From the human T2T-CHM13v2.0 reference genome, Homo sapiens, in NCBI RefSeq assembly GCF_009914755.1, contig NC_060933.1: a DNA stretch of 64,000 nt. The stretch is one strand, 5' to 3'. Positions 1 to 14,455 of the stretch are shown piece after piece. The notes below the pieces were generated by a model that had not been told where the DNA came from, ran no database searches, and worked only from the letters and a program-made list of their open reading frames with translations. Position numbers and translations under genes: made by a program. The number at the start of each line of letters is the position of its first letter. The stretch's first letter is position 1.

Positions 1-3000
1 GAGAGGTTTAGAAATAAATCTGAATTCCACAGCTCAATGAAAGCTGTGAACTACAACACGGAACATCTTTTACAGACATTGGGATATTATTTTTACCCTT
101 CTTATCTGTGAGTTCTATGGCTTGCCAACCATATACCATACCAAAGTTTATACAATGTGTATAAGTCATATCCAAGAGGAATTGCTTTTTCTTCTGAAAC
201 CTGAAAGCCTAGGCAAGCATGGTTCTGACTTTTCAAATGGTGCAGTGAATATTTCATAAGTCAAAAAAAAAAACATTAAGTTTCAAGGCAAGAAAATCAT
301 AGGAGGATTGGTCCCATACCAACTTTATTTATATTTTGAGAAGATGCATATGAGGTTTTTTAATTCTCTAATTTAAAAATTTTACCCTCTCCAGAATTAG
401 TCTGTTTGCATGTGTGATGCATAGCAGACCCTGACAAGAAAAGGCTTGGTTCTGGTGCTATTCTGTAAGTAGTGTTGCTTATTTGATCTCCCCAGTATTG
501 ACACCAGAGTCCTGACTCAGTCTATCAGTTAGAATGTACATAATTTCTCTTTTGTTTGGTGGTTTAGGAACCACAGAGGTGCCTAAATTTAGGACTTACC
601 CAGGGATAAAATAAGAATTAACCTGCTTAAATGAAATAAAAATGTATGACTATGGTAGAATTGTGTTTTAATTGAAAACCTAATGTTTTTTTCTTCTTCT
701 CTTTCTAGGAGGTACTGGAAGAAGGGCATGGAAATAGTTTCCTTTACCTCCTGGAGAGATTTGGCAATTAATTTCTCCCAGTCGTACAAAAGAAGGGATG
801 TTGATTTTACTTGCCGATAGCTTGGGGTCTGAGTTGGTGAGCCATACAAGGTCTATGAAGGAAACAGAAGGGAAGAAGGTTTTTGAGGGAAGAGGAAGAA
901 ATACAGGGAAGAAGAGAGATGAAGGGACCCAGGGAGGAGAGAGAATGAGCAAGAGAGAGAGAGTCATGAAAGGAAACAGAGAAGGAGCATTTCCTCATGT
1001 TAAAAGGAGACCAGTAGAGGTACACTGGTAGGGGAGAGTATAAATTGATCCTGAAAGCCCAAAGGAAATTGATCAAGAAGGGAAAGACTAGTGAGAGAAA
1101 AACTCAGAAAGGAACACTAAAGAAAAGATTATCTGAAGGTCTGGAAGCCAAACGATAGGGGAGTCATTCTGTACCAGCCACCAGCCCTGATTAGAGCAGG
1201 ATCCTCCCTTTCCTACTTCCAAAGCCTTGGTCAGTTGAGCCTCTCCTCTTGCACCAGCAACTAACATCTCATAGATTGACCACCCGGCAAAAATGAAGAC
1301 TATTTATTCCACAATTTTGTTTTCAGGATGTCAGCAATATTGTGCCCCATGGACAACCCATTTTTAAGATACCCTGTTTGCCTATAAGAGCAAGAATGAG
1401 CAATGGGCTCATCTGTACTGAGATGGAATGGACCTGACTTGAAAAAAACTTCAGGATCCATAAATTCAGAAATTATATCGTGATAACCCCAACAAATAAT
1501 AAATATGTCAGTTGTCCTATGCATAACCATATATACAAAGGATACTATACTACTCAAAGTGGACAAATGATGACTTGTAATTTTTTTTTTTTTTTTTACT
1601 TGGGAAACTTTTAGGTTGAACTGCCAAGAGAACTAATGCTTCACTCTTGAAAACTTCTCTATACCACCTGCTAAAGCTTTTCTATGTTCCATGTTGCTCC
1701 AAACTCTATTCTGATGTGTTTCGTAATGGTCGCTTTGACTTCAAACTTTTAATTCTAACTTCAGAGATATCTTAGGATCCTTCCCTAAGATACCTAGATC
1801 CACTTTAAGAACAGTGCCTTAGTCACTGTTTAACATGAATATTCAGTCTTGTGAGACAGACTCTTAAATGCTTTGTCATTACTCGTAGTTACATTCCCTC
1901 ACATCAGGGTGTGGCCTGACAGAGGCACACAGGTTTAGATCTTGGTGGTAGAAACACATATTCAAACAAATTTGCACCAGAGAGTCCTACGTATGTAGCA
2001 AGCTTTATACCTAGAATTATACCTATACCTGTACATCAAACCAGCTCTGAGACAGATGAGTTTATTTCTTGAGTTTCTCACCTCTAATGAGTTTCTTACC
2101 TCTGAAAATAAATAATGCCTTACCTTAGGGTAGCTTCTTCCTTTAGTCTCATATGACACTTTCTCTGCAATGTGGTTGATGCTGGGGTTTTATAAATCAA
2201 CTGGATATTCAGTGATACGAGCATTCCGTGAATGCTATCTGAGCAGAATTTAGTAACCTGCTGTGGCATCATCAACAATCTTTGTGTCACCATCAGAAAT
2301 CTTGGTCTGTGTGCTTAAAGATTTAATGTACCCGTATAAGATACAAGTAGGATACATGTAAATCATACATCTAGATAACCTGAAACTGACTATTCCTTAA
2401 TTGCCATTATTTTTTACTGCTTAATTACTGTGTAGTTCTGGAACTATATGAGATTAAATTATTATGTAAAAAATAATTTTATACAATTCAATCCCTATAA
2501 CATGGTAATTTTAAAATAGGAATTATGTTTTATTAAAATGATAAGCATAACAAGGAAAGTCCTCTATATTATGTAAAGATGCAGAATTAGAGAATTAAAA
2601 AATATCTAAATTAGAAGGGACTTTAAAATCTTTAGGCAAAGATAAATCCCAGCTTACTCTTTTTGCAGCCATGCTTAAATTCAGCCAGGAATAGTAACAT
2701 CACAAGTTTTTAAAGACACTCGTGACATTTCCATTGTATTCAAAACAATATTTGAACTGTTACCATCTATCCTTGGGTTGAGATCCAACACTACTGCTTT
2801 GCTACATAGGAGACTTTTATGCACAAAATCTCACTATAGTCAAATCTCAAAACAAACAAATAAAAAATAAATTTGGCACGTAGTCCTTTCTATACTCCTA
2901 ATAAGATACCTTTAGATTTGAAACTTTAAAATGAAACTAAAGAGTTGTCTTTTATTCCTTGCTAAGTGACAAATACCCCTAGAGACAGAGGTGTACATTC

Positions 3001-4239
3001 CTATAATTCTTTGAGAAAAAAAATCCACCTTAATTTAAGATGACAACATATTATTCAAGAAGAGAACCATGCAATTGCCCAGTGAAGGTAATTATAGACT
3101 GCAATATAGAAAATTAATATCTGCTAAGCAATTGAGAATTTCATATGTTAAGCTGTCATAACAGTGGGTTTTGTTATAAGATATTGTAAATGAATGGACA
3201 AACTTTGGACTTGGTGTTAAAAGGTCATAAATTAATTTTCTAATTTGGCAACCATCTTGCTGGTGACTAAGGACAAGGCACGTAATTACTTTCCTCCATC
3301 ATCTATTGAAATATGAACACTCTCAGATTTTAAAAAGACAGTTTGAATTATATATTAAATAAGTCAATTTGTGTTAATACACGAAGTACAGATTAGAAAA
3401 CAAAATATTCACCTGCACATGATCTATGTAAAATCTTCCTTTTAGGGTTATGTAATCTTTTTGTGCATGCTTTTTTTAAATTTCTTTTTTCCTTAAAATG
3501 GATGTTGTAATGGTACTTACTTGTTTGAGTTGTTATGAGAAATAATTAAGACGATGCTTATAAATCACTTAGCAAAGTACTTGACACCTACTAGTCCTTA
3601 CTGAATATTACTTTTTTTTTGTCTATGCTTATGTAGTTCTATTGGTTCCAAAACAAACTGCAGAGTTAAAAATTACAAAAGATCTATTATAGCTTCAATG
3701 ACACAGAGAAGAGAAATGAGTCAGAATGGACATCCAAATTGAATTTGAATCAACAATTTCCAGCTGGTATTTTAAAATAGAAAGAAAGAAACAAATGGAC
3801 AAAAAAGCCAGATTAGTGGGGTATTCTTCAACACATAACATATAAAGACAGGATATAGAAAGGCAAGTACTAATGCCTCTATTCTATTATCAGTGGTAAA
3901 TTCTTTATTGGATTTTGAATCAGTTTAAGTTAACACAGTATATGTGAGAAAACTGAACTGCGTTCAGAAGAAAACATTGTAAGAAATTAAAATATATAAG
4001 AAGAAATTTTAAAACAATGTAGAGCTTAAGAGTTTACATGTGAATGTTAAAAGAATCTAGATTTTTTGATGTATAGAGAATTGAAGGATAAGTTACTAAG
4101 TTCTTATATATAGGGGATTTTCCAACTATTCTCTATTTCTTTAGAACACAAAATTGAAGGCCATGAACTTCAATTTTCAGTAAGAGACATCTCCTGGGAG
4201 TAAGAGCAACTAAGCCTTGATAAAGCAAATGGTAGACTA

Positions 4240-4841
4240 ACTGTATTGACTGTGTAACAAGTAAGTTTGTACTCTAAACTTAGAAGCTTACAACACACAC
4301 ATTTATTCCCTATTATTTCACAGTTCCTGTGGGTTAGGAGTCTAAGCATATAGCCTAGCTGGGTTCCCGTCTCCTAAGGCTTAAATTAAGGTGTTGGCTA
4401 GAGGTACAACCCCCTGTTATCTTGCAGTCCTCTTCCTGGTTATTGGCAGAATTTAGTTTCTTGCCACTGTGAGGACCGAGACCCATTCCTGGCCAGATGG
4501 CCCTCTCCACACCATGGCAATTTGCTTCTCAAAGGCCAACAGGAAGGAGTCTCCTGCAACTTCTTGTCTCTTTCCTCTAGATCCTCTTTGAAATGGTTCA
4601 TTTGGTTAGTTAAGGCCAAATGATTTTAATTCATCTTTTGATTAATTCAAAATCAACTGATTAAAGACCCTAATTACACCTGTGCAATTACTCCACTCTT
4701 TCCACACCACATAACAAAATAATGGCTGTAATATTCTATGATATTCACAGGTACCACTCACACTAAAGAAGAGAGGTTTATGCAGGACGTGTACATGAGA
4801 AAGCAGGACTTTTGGAGACCATCCTGGAATTCTGCCTATCA
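4240..4841 (-). mobile_element. MLT1 (MaLR, MLT1E-like) LTR
   Basis: Typical motifs aaacttagaagctta..catttatt..cacagttcctgtggg, ttggcagaatttagtttctt, and terminus attctgcctatca. Confidence 0.75.
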
Positions 4842-6093
4842 TCCTATCTCAAGATTTGCCTATCTGACCTAAAATAATATCACTTTCTATTTAATTATTG
4901 GGTTTATCCCCAAATATGAGATAGGTTAAAATCTCATTTATTTCTCTCAAAAGTATTTACAGAACATTTTCTCATGTGCCACCCCGCATGGAGGAGTCAT
5001 AGCCACGTATGTAGTGTGGTTGAAGCAATGCCATGTGACCACAGCTACTTAAAAATATCTTCCCTGGTTTGCAATGAAACCTGGCATTAGCTTCAACTTA
5101 CTCTGTGGCATTTAGCTTTAGAAATGTACCCAATTCTTAATGAACAGATTAATCAGTTGGCTAAGATGGGTTAAAAAGGAGTAATTCAAATTCAAAGTTG
5201 ATATCACTCTTTTATAGGCATTTTCAGTATGACTGGATTGACATTGCAAGCGTCTATATATGTATGTCTCCTACGGTAATGAATATTACTTTTATGATTA
5301 TTATTTGTTACTTAAAATGACCTACAATGGATGAAACTCTTTCTAATAGTGAGGATAGTTTTCAAGATATACCACGAGCTCTCATTACAGTTCAGCTGTG
5401 AAGTAAAAAAAAAGACGAAAAAATCTGTAGCCATCAAATCATCTTTGTAATAAAATATAAAGCTAAAATGGCTCATTTGGATATTTAAACTTTATATTTA
5501 CATAGATGTCATTTATGATTGATTTTGAACAGCACAGCTTTTCTATAAAGTCTCATATTTTTCGCTACGCCCTCTATTAAACAGAACTGCCAAATAGTGA
5601 CAATGGTTTAAATGGTAAAACCATAAATAACGTAGGTTCCAGGAAAAAAGGGGGTACAATTGATCTGTCTATTCTAATTAGGGGTACTAATTTAATACAA
5701 AGGTATCTGTACATAAAAATATTATCTCTTAATAAAAGAAATACAATGGCTTTAAAACGCATTATTTTTTAACTTAATATAAATCCATAAAGGCAAACTG
5801 AACTGTAAAAGTCATCTATTACAATATTTCATTCAAGGCTTGAGTCATTTCTGAAATATTCCTGTTAGCTAGTCATTCAGCCCATGTTTGCATGTCATCG
5901 GTGACTGGAAACTCACCACTTCCCGAATCATCTCACACTGAAGTTAGGCAACAGGGCATGCTATGGAAAAGCATGGGTTTTGGGAATGGGACACACTGGA
6001 TTTGTATTCTAGCTCGGCCACACACACTGAGTACCTTTAGTAAGAACAGTGGTACAGCTCTTCATCTATAAAATGTGAGTGATAATCTCTTCC

Positions 6094-6586
6094 TGTGATA
6101 GTTTCATGTGTCAAATTGGCTAGGCTAGTTATTACTTAAACACTAGTCTAAATGGTATTGTAAAGGTATTTTACATATGTGGTTAACAACTACTGTCCTT
6201 GACTTTAAGAAGAGTGCCCTCACAATGTGGGTGGGACTTGTCTAATCAGTCTGAAGGCCTTAAGAGCAAAAATTGAGGTTTCCTAGAGAAGAAGAAATTC
6301 TGCCTCAAGGCTGCAGCATCAACTCCTGCTAAGTTTCCAGCCTGATGGCCTGACCTACAGATTTAAAACTCAAGATGACAATATCAAATCCTGGCAAAGT
6401 TTCCAGCCTGCCAGGCTGCCCTACAGGCTTTGAATTACCAGCCCCACAATTGTAAGAGCTAATTCCTTAAAACAAATATCTTCATATATGTGTATATACA
6501 CAACAACACAACACACACACACACACACACGCACACACTCATATATCTTACTGGTTTTGTTTCCCTGGACAACCCTGATGGATACA
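6094..6586 (+). mobile_element. MLT2 (ERVL) LTR with internal (CA)n
   Basis: tgtgatagtttcatgtgtcaa...gaagaagaaattctgcctcaag...ctggttttgtttccctggacaaccctgatggataca. Confidence 0.82.
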
Positions 6587-6739
6587 TCACCTCTTCTGAG
6601 GATAAAAAGGCACATCACTCACAGGGATACCTCTTCTGAGTATAAAAAGGATAAATCTGACTCCCCCATAGCTCCTTTCTAAATGTTGTCTGGAAATTAT
6701 CTTCCTATAGCCCCTCCTGTTAGTCAGAATTCTAATACT

Positions 6740-7125
6740 GTGAATGTAATACATGATTCTAAACTAGATTTGGTACCTGTGCTGTAAATTATATGATAGG
6801 GACAGTGGACAAATTTCAAAATGGATTGTAGATTAGATAAAAGTAGAATAGATACAATTTAATAAATGTACTGTATTTATGTAAGAAGATATTTTTGCTT
6901 TTAGGAAATATACATTAAAGTATTAAAGAGTAAAGGGGCATGACACATGCAACTTCTCAAATGGAGCTGAAAAAAGATGTTCTAACTTGAGAAATTTAAA
7001 GCAAATATGATAAAATGTTACAAACTGGTGATTCTGGATAAAGGGGATACAGGAATTCTTTGTACTATTCTTGAAACTTTTCTGTATGTTTAAATTTATT
7101 TCTAACACAATGTTTTAAAAATGGC
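6740..7125 (+). mobile_element. Old L1MC/ME 3' end
   Basis: ggaattctttgtactattcttgaaacttttctgtatgtttaaattt terminus. Confidence 0.7.
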
Positions 7126-9149
7126 AAAAGAAAATGACATAAATGGGCCCAAACAAAAGTAGAGGTCTTATTACCACCTTTCTGAAAGCACCTGACCTGA
7201 CTTGCTGTATGCTTTGGTTAGGTTTAAAGGCTCATAAACATAAACATGCCTGCTCCTTATACCCTGTCACATTCAAAGAGACACATTCAAAGTGGGGACC
7301 AGAATCTGAGATGATAAGGATGGAGTCTGAAGATACAGAAACACCTAGTAATTTTTTCATCACGGAATGATTTGAATGATTTAATATTAGTTTTTAAAAT
7401 GGATGTTATCTAAAAACATTTAAACTAAGTATGCCTTTTCTTTAATATACTCACTATGCATCATTTCAAGATGCTTCCGAAGTTCTACCTTGCTAAAGCT
7501 TTCTCTTTAGTGAAATGAGACACAAAGATAACCCAAAAGATCCCCATTTGATGAAGTACCCCCAGAGGTCCATTTACTTTGGGATATTGTAAGGAAGTTG
7601 TCATCCAAATGTAGCACATTACTTGAATAGTATAATGTTTCACAAAGAAAGAACTTCACTCAGAGGATTCCTATAAGAAAGTTACAATTTTCAAGTGAGC
7701 TTTTCTGCCATCTTCTCTGATGCAACTAATTGTGACCCTCTAATGGACAAAGGCCACTTAAATCCTGCTCTCTGTTTCCAGGGCAAACCCAGAATTTCCC
7801 AGATTTCTCTCTCCAAATTCCATTTCCTAGAAAGCATACATTTGCTTAGACACCCTACAATTTCAAATCAGTTAACAGAAAATTGACAAGAGAAGAATTT
7901 GCCTTCTTTCTTTTCTGTCTCAGAGTTCTTCTCTTTGGTTATCTCTTTGGTTACCTGTGGATTATCTCATTTTTTTCCTAATATCGAATGCCATCCTTGA
8001 TATTTGGACATCCTAATGCAGAGGCAGTTAAACCAGAAAGGCAAAACCTAAATTGGGTTAATATTCTTGCTCTGTGCCTCTTCAGAAAATACAGAGACTT
8101 AGGTAAGAATGTTTGTTACTGCTGGCGAATCTTCTCCCATTTCAGCCACTCCTGGTCCCTTGTGCCCTGAGTAAGCTATGACCAGTATTAATGCCCATGT
8201 CAAGGTAGCATGTACATCATTATTCCACATCACAGGACAATCGTGGACATCTGAACATAATACACTAGCTGTGCCCCGCTGTACATCTATCTTGGGCAAA
8301 CCTGTCACCAAAGTACAGAGGAAAAGTTAAAGAACTTTGTTACTCATGGTTCCAGGGTGCAGGGAGAAACTAAAGAATGAATTCTTCTTCCATGTTTCCA
8401 GACAGTGCAATAATGCCCTGTTTGTGTAGGCCGAGGAGGATGAGCAAGAAAACGTTACCTTTGTAACTATGTCTTTCCTGCTATAGCAATGCAGTTTTGA
8501 GATTGTGTGATTATTTCAGGATTAAAATACTCCAGAACAATGTCTCTCATTTTGTGTTGTTGTTGTTGTTCTTGTTAAAGTGTTTAAATCCATTACAATA
8601 CCACCATTTTTTTTTCTGTCATTCACCTCTGAAATCTTTTCCAGTCTTTATTTAATTATCTTACACATAGCTGCCAAATTCAACTTTCCTCACTTATTCC
8701 TTTGCTTAGGGCAAAACAAAACGCAATAAAATAAACTTCTAATCACAAACATTCACACCCAGAATGAATTTCAAACTATTTTATCTGGGTTGTAGTTTTC
8801 TCTGGAATTTGCTACAGCTACCCGTCTAGTAACATTCCTCCTGTACTTTCATATTCACTTTCCACCTCGTTCCTGACATGTATTGCCCTCTACACATCAT
8901 TCTGTGGTTTTCCACTTCGGTGCCTTTGCTGCTACCAATCTGTAGCCTGCATGTCACCTTAATCTTCACCTGACAAAATCCCACCAATCCTGAGCCCAGC
9001 TTCAACTCAATGTTTCCTCTTTTATGAACCCTTCATGAACACCACAAATGGACTTTCTTCGTACGCCAAATTTCTAGAGTAGTTCCTATATGGCTACATG
9101 ATCCCCTACTCCTGGAGGTCCCAGTTTCCTTCCAGGGCATGGAGCCTAG

Positions 9150-9385
9150 CACAGCATCTAACAGCAGGAGCTCCAGACTCAAATCAACCAAGTTCAATTC
9201 TTGGCTCCTCCATTTCCTGGCTCAGGACATGAGAAAGCTACATATTAATCTCTCGGAGCCTTAGTTTTCTCATCGATAAAATGGGGATTTTAATTGGTAT
9301 CGATTCATAGACAAGGATTAAATTAGTTTCTATTATGAGAAAGTACTCAGAATAATGCCTTACAACATAGTATCCACTATTTAAA
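9150..9385 (+). mobile_element. MIR
   Basis: MIR core ctctcggagccttagttttctcatcgataaaatgggg. Confidence 0.7.
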
Positions 9386-10259
9386 GGTCAATATCAGAGT
9401 TATTTGTGCATACATACATCCACACAGCCACACACACAAACACATAATTCTTTGCATATAGGCACTTTAAAAATGTAGGTCAGGCAAATATCAAATAAAA
9501 CTAGGTAGCTTTTGAAGATGTGCTCTTGATTTTCTGTAGCCATTCCTCTAATGCGCTGATGAATCTGGGTAAACTAATCTTTGAGAGGATGATGTCTGGT
9601 TAACAAATTCTTTGGCTAAAGATAGATGCAATTTTGAACTAGATTGGAAGAGTACCACAGTCTGTGATGGTATCTGAAGTAAGGAATAGAAAAGCTTATA
9701 AGGCAGACACTCAGGGTCATGCAGAAGAACCTGGTGAACCTAGAACAGAGTTTCCATGACACAACAAAGAAGATAAAACACCACCATCCAGGTTTTCAGG
9801 TAATTGCATTTATTGATTCAGGTGGTCTCATAAGAAAGTCAATTGGTAGGAAACTAGAGGTCTTACATTTTATTCTTGACCCTGTCAATGAGTCCATTTG
9901 AGTATAAGACAATTTCTAAAACTACAGTGATAATTTTTCCTGTATGTTTTTCTGATTTGTAAAATGATTTATATCAAATTACATGAGTATAAAATTAAAT
10001 CACATTATTATGCTTTTCATCAATTGCCTTTACCAAAAGAATTAAAAGTACATGAGGTCAGGACTACATAACCACTGAATAAATATTTTTCTGTCTATTA
10101 AACTAGAACATGCTGTAGACAACACAATGTCTTTATTAGACAGTACACCGCAGTATTTGGAAAAGCAATTAGTAGATTACTTTATTCTTCAGTTGAGTGT
10201 CATCTAAATGGAGGAATAAATTTTTTAAATCCACAGTTTGGTATACAAGTCTTGAGAGA

Positions 10260-10685
10260 TTTTTCTCTGCTGGCCTTTCTAATCTCATCTACTCACTTTG
10301 GCAGTGGTCATACTGAAGAATTCACATTTCTCAGAATGCATGCTGTTCTTCCTGGACTCCCTCTCTGCACATGCATAACCTCTTTTTCTCTCCTCTTATA
10401 GCAAACTCTTACACATCCTTCAAGTTCCACTTCAGAACTATCACCTTCTCCCTTTTTCTAGATTTTTGTGAGCAGAGTTAAACATGTCCATTTCTTGTGT
10501 TTCCATAATGTCTTAATTATACCTCTATTTTCCTACTACTGTAATTACTTATATACACATCTGCCTCTTGATTTAACTGATAGGTCCCAGAGGACTGAGA
10601 TATGGATTGATTCATCTCTAGGTCCATTGTTTCCAGTACAAAATAGGTCTTCAATAAATATGATTTCAGTGAGTGCCTGAATGAA
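10260..10685 (+). mobile_element. L2 3' end
   Basis: Ends ataggtcttcaataaatatg...tgaatgaa. Confidence 0.65.
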
Positions 10686-12084
10686 CTTCTGTCATTTTTC
10701 TAAAGGGAACATTAAGTTTTCTGTCTATATAAATTTCCTATAGATTGAATACATCTCATCTTTATATAAACTAAATCTGTTTTAATTTTCACTTAAATGT
10801 CACATTATAAACGATAACACAAATTTCCATTTCTACTTTTGAGGACACTTTCTTCTTTCATTCTAAATTCTCCCTAAAATTACTCAGAGGTTTTATGGAC
10901 AGAGTAGCATTTCTCAAGCTTTATACTATGACCTTAAGTTTCACAGCAAGGCAAACTTTTCTAAACTTCAGGAATGGCTTTTGAATCAATAATTTCCCCC
11001 ACCAAATGTTCTCTGCTAATCAAAAAGTATTCCCACATCCACCACAAAAGACTTTGCTAGATTATTTCCTTTTCCCCAATTTCATCAGCGTAGCCATTCA
11101 TCCATTCATCCAACCATTCATGAGTCTATGCATTCATGTAGCCAACAATTGCTACTTAAGTACTGATTGTCTAACAGGCACTGAACTCAGGGCTGGAGAT
11201 CTAAAGATGACAAAGGTAGAGGACTTGCCCTCACAGAGCACATAGTCCACAGAAGACAGGAAGGTCAATAACAGCAACCACAACAAATAATAATGCAATG
11301 AGTTAAGTGCCACTAGAGAAATGTGCAAGGTGCAATGGATAAAATCCAGGCAGGAAAGCAGGGATTCTCAGATAGTTTGTAAATAAAAATCTGAAATTAC
11401 TTCAAATGCCATACCTTTAAGGTTCTGAAGATACCCTGGCACTACCCCAGATCATCCTTTTCACTGAGTTCGGCAAAGTGACAGAAACAATGTCCTACCC
11501 TCTTTACGGTATCTCTCAGTTGTTCTCAATTATTGTCGGGAAGCATTTTATTTGAATACCAAAGAGCCCTTTCCCCTTCAGTCAGCCTGTGGGGTGATAG
11601 AAATATGGGAGCTGAGCCTATCAGTGCTTGTATCAAGCAGTTGAAAAACTTGTAGCCCATGAGTCATGGCTCTTTTCATGTGTTTCCAGATCAGTGGGAG
11701 GAGGCCTTTGGCTGGCAGCACTAGCAATCTAGCACCTATGATGACCACCCGGGGAAAGAAAGACACTAAAGCCACCAGGAGAGCTATACTGTCTTCCCAC
11801 CTCCCTAAAGTATGCATATCCCCAATGCGACCACCAGGCCATGCCTCAAAATAGTGTGAGAGCCAAAACCCACATTTTCAAAATAAGGAACAAATAAATT
11901 AAGCTCCTACCAGCCACCTCCCTTATGTGCAGCTAAGGAAAATCAAATGAAATAAACAAGCAAATTAGCAGCTGGTATATGAGCTGCAGATCACGACTGA
12001 ATATGTTTTGAAGGCTCTGCCAACTAGTTCTTCCTGAATCGAATTTGTGCTTGTTGGGAAAATAGTAATTAGTAATCATACTAC

Positions 12085-12320
12085 TAATATTAATATCTAA
12101 TATCTATTGAAAGCTTACTGTGTACCAAACATCATGCTTACAATTTACAGGCATATCCTGTTTAAGTGTTACAAAACTCATGAGTTTCTTCTATAATCCA
12201 GACTCTACAGATGAGGACTTGAGATTCAGAGAGACTAAATCATTTGCCAAAGTTTACTCAAACAGTGGGTGGCTGAGCAGAGCCTATGTCTATTAACATC
12301 TTCAGCCTATTACTCTTAAA
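12085..12320 (-). mobile_element. MIR
   Basis: tacagatgaggacttgagattcagagagactaaatcatttgcc. Confidence 0.7.
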
Positions 12321-13139
12321 ATACTTTCCTAACAATAAAGGAAAATAGTAATATAGGATCATCAGAAGCATGAGCATTCTTTCCTATCATCAGTTATTAA
12401 GCAACCCATACATTCCTGTGATGTTCTTGGAATTCAAGAACATAGTCCTCTTGATCTAGAGTTATTTCCCCCTTGCTCTGTATTTATAAGAAAAAAGTAA
12501 AAAAAAAACACACAAAAAACTTAGAACTTTGTAATTTAATCACAGTGTAGAAAATAATTGTTTTATTGTTTCTAATTTGTATAGGCAATGTTTTAGTCAA
12601 ATTACTACCTTTACATATATTCACTTATAAATGACTTTTTCCCACTAAGACATTAGCTTTAAATTAGTTAACATAATTTAGAAAGACTTCCATATTTACA
12701 GAGGACAAATATTTTCACTGTCTCTACTACACAATCTAAAGGATGCCCAGTGAAAACATACAGAGCTTTGTAAATAATTAAGAAGTAAAAAAACTAAGCA
12801 TTTTCCATGTAACAAGCATTACTCTTTCTCAGAAATAACATAGAATTTGTAAATGGCACATGATAGAATAACTTCAAAATATTAAACTAAAGACACCTGG
12901 ACATAAAGTGATTTAAGTAGCTTCTACCATTTTCAAATCTGAATTGGAAATCTACCAAGAATCAGCCTTCTAAGATGACAATGGTTTCCACTGGGCCAAT
13001 AAATAGACCAAGGAAAAGCCTTCATGTGGTATTCTGAATGGTGAAGAAGGAAGTCAAACGTGGCTGTACCCACTGCGATGCCTTAAGTATTTGAGGGAAT
13101 TAGAAAGGACAAAGACATCTCCAAAAATAGCCTCCAAAG

Positions 13140-13300
13140 CTTTCTTACTCAAAGTGTACAGTTTGGTTAGCATCATTTCTGTGACCTAGGAATTTGTTAG
13201 AAAATAGAAAAACAGTCCTTATCTCAGGCCTTCTGAATTAGAATCTGCACTGTAACAGAATGCCCAAGTGATTTCTAAGCACATTGAGGTTTGAATACCA
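13140..13300. mobile_element. MER5A-like hAT MITE
   Basis: ctcaaagtgt...ctgaattagaatctgca...cccaagtgatttctaagcacattgaggtttgaatacc. Confidence 0.65.
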
Positions 13301-13399
13301 TGTCTCCAAAACACCTCATCGGAATCTGTTGTAAATGCTTGCCAAGCAGCAAGGGCTGATGCCAGCTTAAAACAATTCCAGTCAACTAAGACCTTTCCT

Positions 13400-14455
13400 G
13401 CATCCTTACTTCTTCCCCATGTCATCCACTCACCATTTTCATGGCTGCAGCCTTAATACAAGCTACCCCCATCTTTAATATGGGCTATTTTAGTAACCTT
13501 CTAACTGTTCTCTCCCCTTTGCCTACTGACCCCATGCTGTCCACACTCCACATAGCAGCCAGAGGAACCCTGACAACAGGGAGAACAGATCGTGTTCCTC
13601 TTACGCCAAAAATACTTCAGGGGCCTCCCTTTGCACTTAGCATAAAATCAAGTATCAAAGCACAGCCTATGAACTCTAGCTGAACCTTTGTCTCACATGT
13701 CTCTTTCTCTTGTTCCTTCTTCTCCTTGAACATGCTGAGCTTATTCCTGCTTCAGAGCATTTGCAGCTGCTAAATCTCCCATATCGTCACATGGCTTTCT
13801 CCTTCTCAACAGTCAGGTTTCAACTTGAATATCGCCTCCTGAAAGATACCTCCCTAAAGACTCTCTTCCATGTTTCCCTGAAATTACTTTGTTAACTCAA
13901 TTTACAAATCATTAGATATTTTATTTGAATAGATTGTGTTAAACAAACAAAATTGCCTTTAATATTGCCTTTCTTCCTTTTTTAATTCCCTTTATTCTTT
14001 TTCTCCCTACTTCTGCCCTTGAACCTCAACTTCAACAAACTACAAGGCTTATAAAAACAACTTTCACAAGAATTGTTCTGACAGTCATTGCAGTGGTATT
14101 GGCCCAGTAATCATGAGCAGAGGACTAACAACAAAAACAATCTCCTACCTCACCACCAGCAAGTTTTACAGCAGCCAATGAGGAAAATTACTAACTGAAC
14201 CAATCTCCAAGGACAGGTACCCCCATCTTCTCCTCACCCTATAAAATCCCACCCCTGCTTTAACTTGGAGAGTTACCCAGTCTTCAGGTGCTCCCAGTGC
14301 ACATCAGCTGAATAAAGCTCCCAGCTCATTTTGAGTCACTTAAATTATTACCTTTTGACCTTATGTATTTTTTAGTTCCCTCTATTAGAATGTAAGCTCC
14401 ATATATACTTAGGACAATGCTTCTCCCATAGGTTTTCAATAAATATCTGTGGGCT
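13400..14455 (+). mobile_element. L2 3' region, interrupted by an LTR
   Basis: aaccttctaactgttctc, ctccacatagcagccagagg, tagaatgtaagctcc, caataaatatctg. Confidence 0.7.
13937..14360 (+). mobile_element. Unassigned solo LTR inserted in an L2
   Basis: TGTTA start, CCAAT at 14175 and 14200, TATAAAA at 14240, AATAAA at 14311, ttttgac end; L2 sequence on both sides. Confidence 0.6.

Noticed and set aside
685-1130. Strong plus-strand acceptor-like tract followed by a purine-rich region and short ORFs
   Set aside because: No matching donor identified; the ORFs are compositional.
6588-6650. 22-bp near-direct repeat acctcttctgag(g/t)ataaaaagg beside the MLT2
   Set aside because: Two copies only, a local duplication. 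It is not a CRISPR-like array and does not flank the LTR as a TSD.
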